A stretch of 64,000 nt of DNA, taken from positions 186,001 through 250,000 of the forward strand of contig NW_026853905.1 in the NCBI RefSeq assembly GCF_026571515.1. Direction: 5' to 3'. Shown piece by piece: positions 39,241-52,010 of the stretch. The notes beneath the pieces are model-generated. The model was given only the letters and a program-made list of their open reading frames with translations, had not been told where the DNA came from and searched no databases. Every line of letters begins with the position of its first letter. Position 1 is the first letter of the stretch. The stretch comes from Ruditapes philippinarum (lineage: Eukaryota). Made by a program: the position numbers and the translations under genes.

Positions 39241-40074
39241 GTGAATTTATATAAACAGGTGTTGTTAATTCAGACAAACATTTGTTGTCAATTCATATAA
39301 ACGTTTATGAAACTTGATAAGAAAAGATAATGTATGGCATGCTTCAGAACATTTTTCTGAACCTGTTTAATAAATTTTTACATGAATTAACAACAAATGC
39401 CTTGTCATATAAATGATAAATCTAACAGGAGATAAAACTGTTTTGCACCAAGCATAGTTTTTTTTGTCTTCCAGACATTTTCATTTGTTTTATTGAATCA
39501 TAAGTTATGATACTTGTTTTAATGCTAATGATTTCAATTTTTTTGATAAAACTTGAACATTTTGTGTGTTATGACTTTTATTTTCAGTTTTACTGTATTT
39601 TTAAAGCATATTTTGTTAAATGCATTTATTTCTCTAATCCCAGAAGCATTTAAAATGTATATCTTATTTGCTAGATATTTAATGGATTTTCAGCAATATC
39701 ATATCATCTTGGTGTTGAAAATAATATGCAATAACATGAGGTAGAAGTATGGATCAAGACTAGGGTACATATAATCTGACTGATTCTGTACTGTTGAATG
39801 TAGATTTAATATTGAGATCCCTTACAATAACAAATGGACATTTACAAACTCACAGCTAGACAAGTTAATGTAACAGCCTAACAGGTTAGACAAGATCAAG
39901 GGTTAATGAGTTATTTGGAGTTTGTTGAATTAATAGGTTTTGACAGGCACAAATCAGTGCTTCCACTACTTACAAGGTAATTGCAACATACAAATGTACA
40001 TTTAAATGAGCATTTATTGTTGAAGATTGGTGCTATGGTTGTCAGATGCTATGTATTGTATTGTATGCATGTCA

Positions 40075-40337
40075 TTAGCTCAACTATTCAAAGAATTGTG
40101 AGGGGTCTTATTCTCTTGTTGGCATCAACAACATGCTTTGGTTAAGATTTTGCATGCAAGTTGGTATCTCCAAAACTAATGAAGGAATGGGCTGAAACTT
40201 CACACACTTTTGCTATTTGAAAAGTAAATATTTTACATGATGGACACAGGTCTCTTGAGTTACCTTTTTACAGAGTTATGCCTCTTTTCTTACTGTCAAG
40301 CACTGAGAATAGTCAAGCACTCTGTCATCTCATGTTT
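40075..40337 (+). mobile_element. Degenerate single-unit HINE related to 18065-19313
   Basis: agctcaactattc ... tgaaacttcacacactt ... agagttatgcctc ... tcaagcactgagaatagtcaagc. Confidence 0.6.
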
Positions 40338-40719
40338 AATATATGATTAGTATTCATTATCATACATTTTGATGTTTTTATGTGAAAAAAAAACAACAAA
40401 ACATTTTTAAGCTTTACTGACCAATTATATATCCCTTGAGGCATTTATTATTTACAAATTGTTTTATATTGGTGATTTATTTATCTATTTGGACCAAATG
40501 TTTTATAATTTGTGTATTTTTGGCTCTTAAACATTACATAGGCTTCAGCTGTAGTCATTTCATCGATGGATATTCCAGGGCTAATTATTTTGAAAATTTG
40601 ATGAGCAACCTTTAAGCAGTTCATTTTTTCCTGCATTTTGTTTTTGTGTCTCGTCATTATTCAACATTTGTATCAGACATATTGTGTATGATTCATTTTG
40701 TATCTTTTAAATATTTAGT

Positions 40720-41043
40720 ACATAGAGGATATTGAATGGGTGTAAATTCATTACTGAATTTTTGAATGAGAGAGCAAAATATTACTTTATTCAACGAGTT
40801 CAAACAATTCAGTAATGAACCTACACGAATATAATATTCTATTTATCACATACCCAAAAAGGAGACTGCTTAAAGTGCAAAAGAATCTATTTTTCTCAGA
40901 CATGTCTGTTGTGTAACGCTAACATTTAGCGTGTCTTTACACAATGTTTGTATAACGCAAATGATATTGTGTCAAAATGTATGCACAGCAGTGCAATACT
41001 ATTTTCACAGAGTTGCAAAATCGGCACGGGTATGTGATAAATA
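40720..41043. repeat. Element with two adjacent inverted-repeat pairs
   Basis: ttcattactgaatt 40747-40760 pairs with aattcagtaatgaa 40806-40819; tatttatcacataccc 40840-40855 pairs with gggtatgtgataaata 41028-41043. Confidence 0.7.
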
Positions 41044-41331
41044 AAATTAATTACCTAGTCACTGCATATATATACATGTATTTGAGGGGATATTGTTTTA
41101 CTCAGCATTTTACTTTGGGTTAATTGTATCCATTTGCCAAGATAGTGAGTCAGTAAGTATGTATGTACATAAGTCTAGGCAGTGAAGAAATAATAGCATA
41201 TTACATTAAAGCCAATGATAAACATATTCAGTTTTATACTGATTTGTCTGTTAATGTTACTCTATTAAAAGTCCATTAAAGATCGTTTTATCTGGTTGTC
41301 TAGGTAGCATTTTAGGGTTGGTTGTGTGTTG

Positions 41332-42776
41332 TTTTTTGTGCCCCCACATTAGTGGCGGGCATTTAGATTTACCCTTGTCCGTCCGTCCTTCCGTCCGTCC
41401 GTCTGTCCGTCCGTCCTTCCGTCCGTCCGTCCGTTCACTTTTGTGTCGCACGTAACTCAAAAAGTATTTGGCCTATAGTCATGAAACTTTACAGGAATGT
41501 TGATCAGCATGTGTAGTTGTGCACCTGGGTATTTTGGTCTGGATATTTTTAGTATTTTCAGAGTTATTGCCCTTGACTTAGTAAAATTTGGCAATTTTCA
41601 ACTTGTGTCGCATGTAACTCCAAAAGTATTTGACCTAGAGTCATGAAACTTTACAGGAATGTTGATCAGCATGTGTAGTTGTGCACCTGGGTATTTTCGT
41701 CTGGATATTTTTAGTATTTTCAGAGTTATTGCCCTTGACTTAGTAAATTTGGCAATTTTCAACTTGTGTCGCATGTAACACCAAAAGTATTTGACCTACA
41801 GTCATGAAACTTTACAGGAATGTTGATCAGCATGTGTAGTTGTGCACCTAGATATTTTGTCTAGATATTTTTAGTATTTTCAGAGTTATTGCCCTTGACT
41901 TAGTAAAATTTTGCAATTTTCAACTTGTGTCGCATGTAACTCAAAAAGTATTTGACCTAGAGTCATGAAACTTTACAGGAATGTTGATCAGCATGTGTAG
42001 TTGTGCACCTGGGTATTTTCGTCTGGATATTTTTAGTATTTTCAGAGTTATTGCCCTTGAGTTAGTAAAATTTTGCAATTTTCAACTTGTGTCGCATGTA
42101 ACTCAAAAAGTATTTGACCTAGAGTCATGAAACTTTACAGGAATGTTGATCAGCATGTGTAGTTGTGCACCTGGGTATTTTCGTGTGCATATTTTTAGTA
42201 TTTTTAGAGTTATTGCCCTTGACTTAGTAAAATTTTGCAATTTTTAACTTGTGTCGCACATAACTCAAAAAGTATTTGACCTAGAGTCATGAAACTTTAC
42301 AGGAATGTTGATCAGCATGTGCAGTTGTGCACCTGGGTATTTTTCGTCTGGATATTTTTAGTATTTTCAGAGTTATTGCCCTTGACTTAGTAAAATTTTG
42401 CAATTTTCAACATGTGTCGCACATAACTCAAAAAGTATTTGACGTAGAGTCATGTAACTTTACAGGAATATTGATCAGCATGTGCAGTTGTGCACCAGGT
42501 ATTTTCGTCTGGATTTATTTAGTATTTTTAGAGTTATTGCCCTTCACGTAGAAAATTTTTGCAATTTTCAACTTGTGTCGCAAGTTTCTCAAAAAGGATT
42601 TGACATAGTCAATAAACCTTATAGGCAGGTTGCTCAGCATATTTTAGATTTGCACCTGGGGTTTGGCTTGTGGATTTATCCAGTATTTGTAGAGTTATTT
42701 CCCTTGACTTAGTAAAAAGATTGACAGAACAGTGTCGCGGTGGGGGCACCCGTGTCCTATGGACACATTTCTAGTT
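41332..42776 (+). mobile_element. HINE/pearl-like element with 8 x ~162-bp tandem array
   Basis: subTIR gtgcccccac / gtgggggcac, (gtcc)n microsatellite, units starting ~41441/41603/41764/41925/42087/42249/42412/42573, 3' hairpin gtgtcc-tat-ggacac, end tctagtt. Confidence 0.9.
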
Positions 42777-45649
42777 TGTTGTTGTTTTTTTTAATAAAAT
42801 AGATAGACTGAAGATACCTAAGCTCAATTGACAAAGAAATGTAGTTTTGTATTGAGACTAACTTAAAAATTGATACCTTAATTTTTTTACAGTGCCATTA
42901 TTCTGTTAAAGTTATGAATGTTTATCTTTCTCTTCAGTGAATGTAAGTGCGACTTTCCTGAAATTTACTTATTGCCAATGTTTTTATGATACTGTTACCA
43001 TTAAAGTCTATAGTTATATAGAAAAAAAAAAGAAATTGTATTTAAGAAAGAAAAGGTGTATGCCTCTTTGAAGGATTAGACAATTGAATGAAGGGGACAG
43101 GGTGATATTGTAAAGACTGTAATATTCGGTCTTGAAACTGTCATCAGTTATAACAGGGTACAATCATATATCTATTTAAAACACATATCTATAATATTAT
43201 ATAGTATTTTATGATCTGATGTAATGTGAATGATCTTGAAATAGAGTATTTATTGCATAATTGTGTTTAGTTAACATATCTAAAGTGTTTTACAAACTTA
43301 TATTATACATAACTGGATACAACGAAAGACTTTCTGCAGTCTGGCTGCACATTTTTCTCACCCTGTGATGTTAATTGCCCGATATATATTAGCATTTTGG
43401 TTTTGAAATCCCTTAAAATAACATTTTGTTTACAAATTAATGTGTTTGTGTTTATTAGGAAGATAAACAATTCTAAACTTTGGCTGGTTCAAATTCAGTA
43501 TCACAAATTAACTCTTCTGATACGACATAGTTATTAAGTTTTAAGTACAAAAGTATAGGATAAGAGAGTAACACTGTTAGTAATTGTACTAAATAGTAAT
43601 TTTTTAATCACACTTTTTTACGGATTGAGAATTTGTTAGTATTTTTAAGGCTTTTTTTAACAACTTTGGCCAAAATTTTCTTTATGTTATCTGTTGTAGA
43701 TGTTGTGTTGTATACAGCTCGACTAGGTTAATTCTATACATGTCTTTTACACAGACTATTTTCTTCCGTTTTGTGGATGAATTATGTGTTGGTGATTAGT
43801 TTATACTTATTTTATAAAGCTTGTTTCTGAAGAAAATATATTTTAGCTCAAGAGTAATAATATAGATACTATATATATTATGTTCTTATTTAGTATAATT
43901 ATTTATCAAAAGCTTTAATGATTAGTGGAACTAATTTTTTCAGGCGTAGACTTATTATTCTGGTTGTAAATAGGTGCTCCGCAACATGGAGTAATTTACC
44001 CACTCCTTGTTTAGTAAAAACCAGTGCATTTATGAACAAGAAATTGAGATTAATTTGCATTATTACCTCATTAGGGTATGATCAACGAAATTTCAGAATT
44101 TATGTTAAGTTTTTGTCTTTAAATTATTAAATCCCCAGAAATCAAACTTGGCATAAAGAATCAAAACTATTTTTTATGTATTTTATACTTGCATAAAGCT
44201 GTGGGATACAAAATATGATTTTATTTTAAAGAGGGTTTTAATGTTTGTAATTGTGAATTTAATATGAAATGTAAAAACTGTATACCGATCAGCCCTTAAA
44301 CTACTACATTGGAAAGTAATTTGCCTTTGCCACCAGTGCAGAGTTAGACCAGTCTGCATGCCCTTGCAGTCTGACTATGCTTGACAAACTTTAAATTTTT
44401 TCATCATGATATCCATGAAATGGACAGTTCAAAGAATGGAACCTAGACATGCCTATTTAAGAAATTCAGCAGGTTAAGGGTTAAGCAGTAAAAAGTTAAG
44501 CAGTAAAAAAACACTAGAAATGATAATTAGTCCTATGGCACCAATCTTTGTAGTCTGAGCAAATTCTAGACTGTAAGCTGATGAGACTTTTTATATTCTT
44601 ATTTTAATTAGCTATGGGCATTAGTTCAAAGCACAGAAACACAAATCATCTGACATGCAGGTGTTTTCAATCCTCTTGTTGAATAATGGAGCTGAAGTTT
44701 TTTTCTACTGGTTCTATACTGGGACCAATGCATATTCTAACTTAAGTTTTTAATAAGTTTTTGTCAACACTAAATACTTTTACAAAATCATATTACAAGG
44801 GCCCAGAATTAGGCAACACCTAAGGTTCTTCATAGGGTTTGGATTAAATAAAATAGGTTTGCATTGAATTGTGCAACAGCCACATGTGCAACCAAATTTC
44901 ATTACTAACAAATTAAATGTAAACAACAATAAATTGCAATGTGGATGACATGCATGTATATCATTTAATACTAAAGGTAAAACACACAAAAAACTCCTTC
45001 GTGGTTCTTTATATTGATCATGTGACCAGTGTTTGTTTGTTAAGTTTAGCCATTATTTTTTGCTAGAATATCGCAAAGGTGTTATAAGTTATACATAAGC
45101 TATAGAACTGAAAATGAGGGCAAATACAGAATTTTTATTTCTATTATGATTCAGTGGGATTAATATTATGATAAGTATTAAGTACACATTTATACATTAT
45201 TTAAGATACCGGTTATTTGGGATTATTTTAATTTGTATCCATTTATATTGTTGTGTTATAGATAATTTAAGATAATGTGGCTGTCATAATTCATGATGTA
45301 ACATATTATATTATTACTAAGATTAGGTAGTTAAAATAGATTAAAAAAAAAAAGTTTCAAAAACTGATTTATGCAAAAATTGAAATGAATTACCAGTGTA
45401 TACACGTTTAAGTAAAATTAAATAACAGCCACATTGTCTTAAGTGATTAGTAATTGGTGTTAAAGGTTGTGTTCAGTGTTGTATCACTAGTTTAGTGGAC
45501 CATGACAAGTGCCTTATGTATAAACTGTTGTTGTTATTATATTGATATTATTAGATGGTTATTATACTTGAATCTTTGTTATTTTTTTCTTAAATCCTAC
45601 AATCCTATTGAAATGTTATATTGTAATGGTCAGATGGCAAGTTTTGAGT

Positions 45650-45815
45650 GTACCCCCAGTGACCTTTCATTATTTTAGGCACAAACAGGCACTTGACTAG
45701 AATCATAGACAGTCAGTAAGCTTGCTAGCTTCGTCATATGAAATAATTAAACTTCCCTAGGAGGAATCAAACCCACAGCAATGATTCTGTCAGAAACCTT
45801 AACCACTGAGACCCC
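45650..45815 (-). mobile_element. Degenerate SINE, same family as 21113
   Basis: Reverse complement gives cagtggttaaggt...gtgggtttgattcc...tgtgcctaaaataatgaaagg. Confidence 0.5.
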
Positions 45816-46079
45816 TCCCTGCCTAACCGCTGAGTTTCAAAGTCTGGGGTTAACATGTATTGTTTTAATCCTATGGGCAAGAACTCAACCTGAAAATATC
45901 AATATTGGCATTAAATAATTTTGTACTCCAAAGCTAATGGAAGAAAATTATAACTTTAAAAAAATGTTGCCCTATGAAAATAAAATTGACCAAGTGGTTT
46001 AAGAATAAGCAATCTCATATTGGTAAGCTCATCATTAGCACATTGTGCTTTGGTGCTTAAAATGTTGAGTGTTATACTG

Positions 46080-46189
46080 CCACACAATTATGTGCTTTAA
46101 ATATTGAAAGGATGTGAAATGAAACAGAGTCAATCCACACAGTTATGTGCTTTAAATATTAAAAGGATGTGAAATGAAACAGAGTCAAT
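46080..46189. repeat. 55-bp tandem duplication
   Basis: ccacaca(a/g)ttatgtgctttaaatatt(g/a)aaaggatgtgaaatgaaacagagtcaat x2. Confidence 0.9.
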
Positions 46190-47573
46190 AGTATATATGT
46201 AAAATATAATTTATTTGAACACAGTTTAATTAAAAAAGAACACAAAATATGGTAATCAAAACAAAACATTCACACATTTGCCATAACCTTCATTTCATAG
46301 GCCTCTTATTATTTTGACAGTTTTTCCATAATATTTATCTATATACATCAGATCAGTCAGATAGCACTCGAATGTTGTCAGTTCTTTATAGTAAAAGCCT
46401 TAAAAATTCAGAAATTGTAAAATAAATCATTTAGTCATGGTCAGTGGATTTTAATTACAAACCAGAATGCAAGTGCAAATGCCTTCTAGGTTTAATGAAA
46501 TCAAAATCCTTGCAAGGGTTATGGATCATAAACAGTGATCTACAATTTTATTCCTAAGACATCATTCTGTAACATTTCATGTGGTTAATGAAGATAAAAA
46601 CAAACAGACAAACACTAATGTGAGTCAATTAAATGCACTCTGAATATCCTAGATACATGTAAAATGAATCAATTTCTTTGGCAAAAAAAAATTCTATCTT
46701 CTATGTTCTGTTCTGTTCAAAGAACACTCTTCTTGAACATGTGACTTTGAAAAAAAATGTCACTTTAGATTTAATGCCCTAATCTGTGTATACATGATGA
46801 TACGTTACAACAGACTACCTCATCATACTACATCATAGTTACCGTAACCCAGTATGTTCTTTAGCATGTTTGGTAAGTGCTGAAATTTAGCAATTTGTCA
46901 ATATAACCTGCAAACATTTTAACTATTTAAGAATTTCTTCATGAATATCAGAAATGAAAATTATATGGCAGTAATATAATTAAAATGTCTAATCTTCAAT
47001 GTGAAAAATATTTACTTCATTTTTCAAAGATATTCCATGAAATTCTTATTCTTTGTTTTCACACTTATATCCAACAATGGCATATTATGCAAATTTTTAA
47101 AGTTATATTTTGTTTTAAAAAGAAAAACACAATAAAGTTATTCTTTCATAAACAAAACTTTTTATAAGTATATTCCTGTTATTTTCAAACCTTACAAAAA
47201 ATTTAAACACAATAATTTCTTAAAATATAATACATGTATATACTAAATATTAATGTATGACTTTATACTGACTGGTTTGAAATTCATTTCCTTAATTAAA
47301 TTAAAATATACTGTATAAAAAAATTAAATCTTCAAATAGCAAAAAGCAATGAGGTATATTTAATCATGAATGATTTCTACGCAATGAAGATATGTGCCTT
47401 GATCTTACTCTGACACTACTATAGCGAGGGGCAAGTTACTAGCACTAAACAAAGGCAACAAATCTTAACATTCTAACTGTTGACAGACACAAATATTGTA
47501 ACCTACATGATGACTTCATAGTCATTGCATTAACAATGTTCTTTTTTCTCACATAAAATGAACTCTTGTTATA

Positions 47574-49678
47574 TTAAATTGATGCTTCTGACTTCAATGA
47601 TCCCTGGCTGTCTGACAAACTGTTATCTACTGGAGAATGTAACTGAAATATAAACAAATCATTTAACTACAGAACATGTGTGTACATTCGTGTTTCATCA
47701 TATTATTATCAGATTAGATTTACATTTATTCTTCAAAACTATCTTTTACTAAGCTTTTAAGTAATCAAAGTTATTGATTGGACAAGGATTTTACATAGTG
47801 TTACTTTGACCTTGACCTCCAAAATCATTTACTGGGCATGACCATCCTTCCTTATTATTATGAAGACAGCACACCTAATGTAATCAAGTCACTGAGCAGA
47901 TATTGATGTGAGTAACAGACCAGCAGACATTTGTCATACCAAAATACAACCGAAGTTAATATCAGGTGTATAAAATACATGTATAAGGTTTATTTTGACA
48001 TTAAAATCTTTTAAAAATAGCTTTTAGTATTTAGTAACCTGGCATGTATATAGTAAAGTGACATGTGTCAAAGTACAAGACTACATTCATGTTTAAATTC
48101 TATATCACATCCATAACATCTGAACATGATCGGCACTGTTCCCTCTACAGTCGGTCAATACAATGTATTTTCAAATTTTCATTAAAAATGATAGTTAACA
48201 TTTTTTTCTACATTGAATGATGGCCATTTTAGAATTTAAGTGTAGTAAGGGTTTATAAACTTACAGCTTTTGCTATATCAATCCAAGTTAATGCCTGGTG
48301 TAACCTGTCACCATGACTTGGCTCTCTATCTAGATTCCAGTAGTTGAATGAATCAAAACTTCCAGTAGCTGTAAGTTCACGCTCATCATCTTCAGTAACT
48401 GACTTCTTTGACTCATTAAAAATTACACCTGATGTATAAATGGAAACAATAGTGTTGGTCAGGCCACCGCAAAATATTTCTTGGATCTCATTAGTTTAAG
48501 ATTAGGAGATTTAATATTGATCACGTATGAGATAATCATGAATAAAAGTAATTATTACAAGTGAGATGACAAAAACTACCGAATTTCTCACCTGTCAATT
48601 TTTCTTCTTCTTGCCAATTTCAATACTGGACCAGATTTTTTACAAGGTCAAAAAGTACCTTACATCCACAATTTCAATAAAATGCCTGATTATGGGTATA
48701 TGAATAGATTAAATATAGAAAATATTATTAGAAGTCAAATAATCAATATTACAATTTCATTCAAATAGTTTATTTAGGTCTCATCACACATATACCATTC
48801 CCAACAGAACTGTATGATGAAAATCATATTTACATATATATAATACATGCCTTACTTTAAATGTATTATTTCATTATTTTTTATAAAATATTAAACAAGT
48901 TATGTTGCTAATTTTCACAGGGCTGAAAAAGCATTGGAAATTGACATAATTCACATATATAATTATATGTCCATTTTAGTCGATTTCAATTCTGTGTTTA
49001 AATGGTAAACACCTTTAAATGTAAATATTTTCTTTACCTGTATACCCAGAGGGAACTTCAAATTTAGTTCCATGAAGAGGTCTTCCTCTCAAACTTGCTG
49101 TCATTTCTGTAATAAAATGAAACAGAAAATTTTCTTATTTAAAAAAAAAAAAATCTAATTTATATGAATTAATAATAAACTTATGCATTTATTTAACAAT
49201 TAAATACTTCAACAACAATGTATTAATATACATAAAAATGGGAAGGAACTCTCAGCTTATTTGCAAATGTGCAGACGGTTCTACCCAAAAATAGGGAGAG
49301 AACCGCCAGGGAGGAAACGTCAGGAGAGGAACTGGTTACTAAGGGAGAGAATAATCTGACTACCAGCATATTTGACTTCTTGAAAAACCTTTCAAAATTT
49401 CTCGGAAACCATGCTACAATTCATAGAACGAATTGTTGATAATAAAATATTTTGTTATTGTGGAGGAGACATTTAACACAGGATTGTCTGCTCTCAATCT
49501 GGTCGCGAAAAGTAGTGAAAAAAAGTTAAATCTTACTATTCTCTGACTTTTTTCGGATGTTTGTTTCAAAGTAAGATTTAACATTTGCAGAACCGTTGTA
49601 CTGTATTTCAGCTGGCATAAAATGCAACTCAGAAGATATTTCTTTCGTCAAATTTGGTACTTTCAACAAAGTTGTCAT
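47574..49678 (-). CDS. RNASEH2C: Ribonuclease H2 subunit C, 4 exons, ~147 aa (not in the ORF track)
   Basis: Exons 49678-49537, 49106-49038, 48428-48265, 47642-47574 (444 nt). Translation MTTLLKVPNLTKEISSELHFMPAEIQYNGSANVKSYFETNIRKKSENKMTASLRGRPLHGTKFEVPSGYTGVIF...TGSFDSFNYWNLDREPSHGDRLHQALTWIDIAKALHSPV carries the RNase H2C motifs LH.MP, SLRGR.L.G, FxYWNLD and ALTW. Confidence 0.92.
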
Positions 49679-49837
49679 TTTTCCCGGGAACAAGCGTTTA
49701 ACTTTCTCAGACTCATTTTTGTTACAATGAAAACAATTGGTTTACCAAATGAACATCGCAGATTGACAGCCAATCACAATTCGGAACACAATTTGTATAA
49801 GTACACGTGAGTTCAATGTCAACACCGGCCTGTCAAA
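49679..49837. promoter_or_regulatory. Compact bidirectional promoter, RNASEH2C / orphan TM gene
   Basis: 159 bp between divergent ATGs. ATTGG at 49736, CCAAT at 49770, E-box CACGTG at 49804-49809. Confidence 0.6.
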
Positions 49838-51570
49838 ATGAGAAGGTATCGTTACGGTGATCCAAAATCAGCTAAAGCTAGGAATCGTGTTATTAGTCAA
49901 ATACTTAAATTTTTTGTCGGATGGAATCTATTGGGATATTGTGTTTGGAAATACATGAAAAGTACTGTTTCTGAAAAACATCCAGAGTTTGGAGACAAAT
50001 CAAACTGTGAGTATCCTGCAATCTGTATATAATTTTGTACATAGATCTCTACATCTTGTAGAAAAGGAAATAACCTACTGTACTGTAGCATCCATATGTC
50101 TGAGTTCAAGTCAACGGAGAGAGTGTACCTTATCTCTGTCTTACCTGGGACAGAATAACTTATTTGTCTGTCCTTACCTGCTTACCTTGAAGTCCAAATT
50201 TCTAGAGATATCAACAAGAAATTATTTCTCTGAGTCCAAAACCTTTTGGGGGAGCATCAATGGGTTTGACAGGCTCTTGTTTATAAAGCGGAATCATATG
50301 AGGCTGTTGGTAAATTTATCCGTGCTGATTGTATTGACTTTCACTCCAACAATGTGGTCACTACTGATGGCATGATGCCTGTGAGGATATGGACCTGGTT
50401 AACTAGAGTGGGATTTGTAGTGAGAAATAAATCATCAAGTAGAGAGATTGACCATTTGGGTGAGGTTGGCATAGTTCTTATTAGTTGAAGGTTTCTATGA
50501 CCTGTATATAGGTATAATTATAGAAGGGAGGGTGTTCACAAAACTGGGATGGACTGGAAGTGTCCCAGTCCATCTTTGGAAGGTTCAAGTCCCCACCACC
50601 CAGATATTTGTGAATCTTTTTTTGATCTTTTCAAGCGGTTTTGAGAATTTCAGAAAGCTTTCTGGGTCTAGTTCTTGAGGCTTGTAGTACCCTCCAATGA
50701 CTTATCAACTACGGTAAATCTAACTTATTTTTACCGATAGTTCTTTACATTGTGATTAACTAAGTTCATTTACTAATATAATGTACAGTGTCATGTCAAA
50801 GGTCTACAGTCTTTCAGTTATATTCATACTGGAGAGTGTATGCATTGATTTTAATTTGAATGTCCAATCAATTCAATGAGCAGTCAGACTGTCAGTTTAA
50901 ATATATAAGAGAATGTATATAAGACATAACTTTATATAAGAAATAGTTTTTTTTTTCAAATAGAAAGATACTTATCATGAGTCTTAATTATATAGCTTGA
51001 AGGGAAAAAGTTCTGTCATTAAGACAAACCATATTTGAAGTTACCTTTAAAGAGCCATGTATATTAAAGCATGGATTAGGACAGTTAGTTTCTTACTTAA
51101 TCTTTTTAATCAATGTTGTCATCATATGCAAATGCACATAATCACATTCCTATAAGTTTCCAATTATATGATATGTACACGTATGTAGTAAAAGCACAAG
51201 GTGCTGAGCAAAATAACATACCGTAGTGGCGTAGTCATAGTTCTATTGATAATTTGATATATGATGAAATTATTATCTATAAAGGCTACCAAACATTGTA
51301 TTTTCTTTAAAAATATTTATCTATAAGTTTAAGACACCATTAATTATCTTAAGATATATTGAAGGTCATTTGTCTATTAATTTTCTTTCAGCTGAACAAG
51401 TAAGGTTTATTATGACAGGAGAGCAGACAAACGTTAAAAAATATCGTGTGAAAATAGGGGGAGATAACTGGTTTAGTGTTAAAAAAGTAGAAGATGAGTC
51501 GGCACCTGAAAACAGTAACACAAGTCCAGAAGCTACAAAGTCGGAAAACTTGAACCCTTCAGATAGCTGA
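49838..51570 (+). CDS. Uncharacterised small single-pass membrane protein, 2 exons, ~115 aa
   Basis: Exon 1 49838-50006 (donor gtgagt, phase 1) joins exon 2 51392-51570 (ttttctttcag acceptor) in frame. Basic N-terminus, then a hydrophobic stretch ILKFFVGWNLLGYCVW. Sits head-to-head with RNASEH2C across a 159-bp CCAAT/E-box region. Confidence 0.7.
50290..50702 (-). mobile_element. Decayed LINE (CR1/L2-like) APE endonuclease fragment
   Basis: Minus-strand translation across frameshifts: VIGGYYKPQELDPESFLKFSKPLEKIKKRFTNIWV/GGDLNLPKMDW ... DDLFLTTNPTLVNQVHILTGI/SDHIV. Confidence 0.75.
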
Positions 51571-51607
51571 TAAAAAATGGATAAAAAAAGGTTAATTAAT
51601 ATGTTTC

Positions 51608-52010
51608 ATTTTAACTAGGTTTTCAAAAAAAATCTGGCTTAACTTTATGCAAGATACAAGATTGGTGAAAATTTCTTTGTGTGCATCACCATACATTTCT
51701 CAAGGAATTTCAAAGAACTATTACCATCAATACCTTTGTGCATATTGTAAGAGTTTTGTGTCTTAAACATTTTTGGCAGAATCATAGCCCTCTTGAGTTT
51801 TTTCTCACATAGGCAGTATAGAAGAATATTCTAATGTATGCAACTTATTCTACATTTCCTTAAGGATTTCAAGCAAACTTTCAGAGGACAATGTTACCCA
51901 AAATTTGTCTTTTGTACTATTTGTACATGTATGAAAATATACTCACTTTGCAACTTGATCCTCTCAACATTTCTGAGACGATTTTAAGTTCAACCAAACT
52001 TTTACAGAAC
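51608..52010 (+). mobile_element. Degenerate copy of the 38140 HINE family
   Basis: ttttaactaggttttc start and decayed units (tacatttctcaagga, gcatattgt, caaactttca). Confidence 0.5.

Noticed and set aside
36708-46200. Additional gene between FAM89 and RNASEH2C
   Set aside because: No exon-like open frames with splice signals were found; the region is T-rich UTR/intergenic DNA plus repeats.
49989-50375. 128-aa + strand ORF
   Set aside because: Runs through the orphan gene's intron and antisense to the decayed LINE fragment; no splice or homology support.
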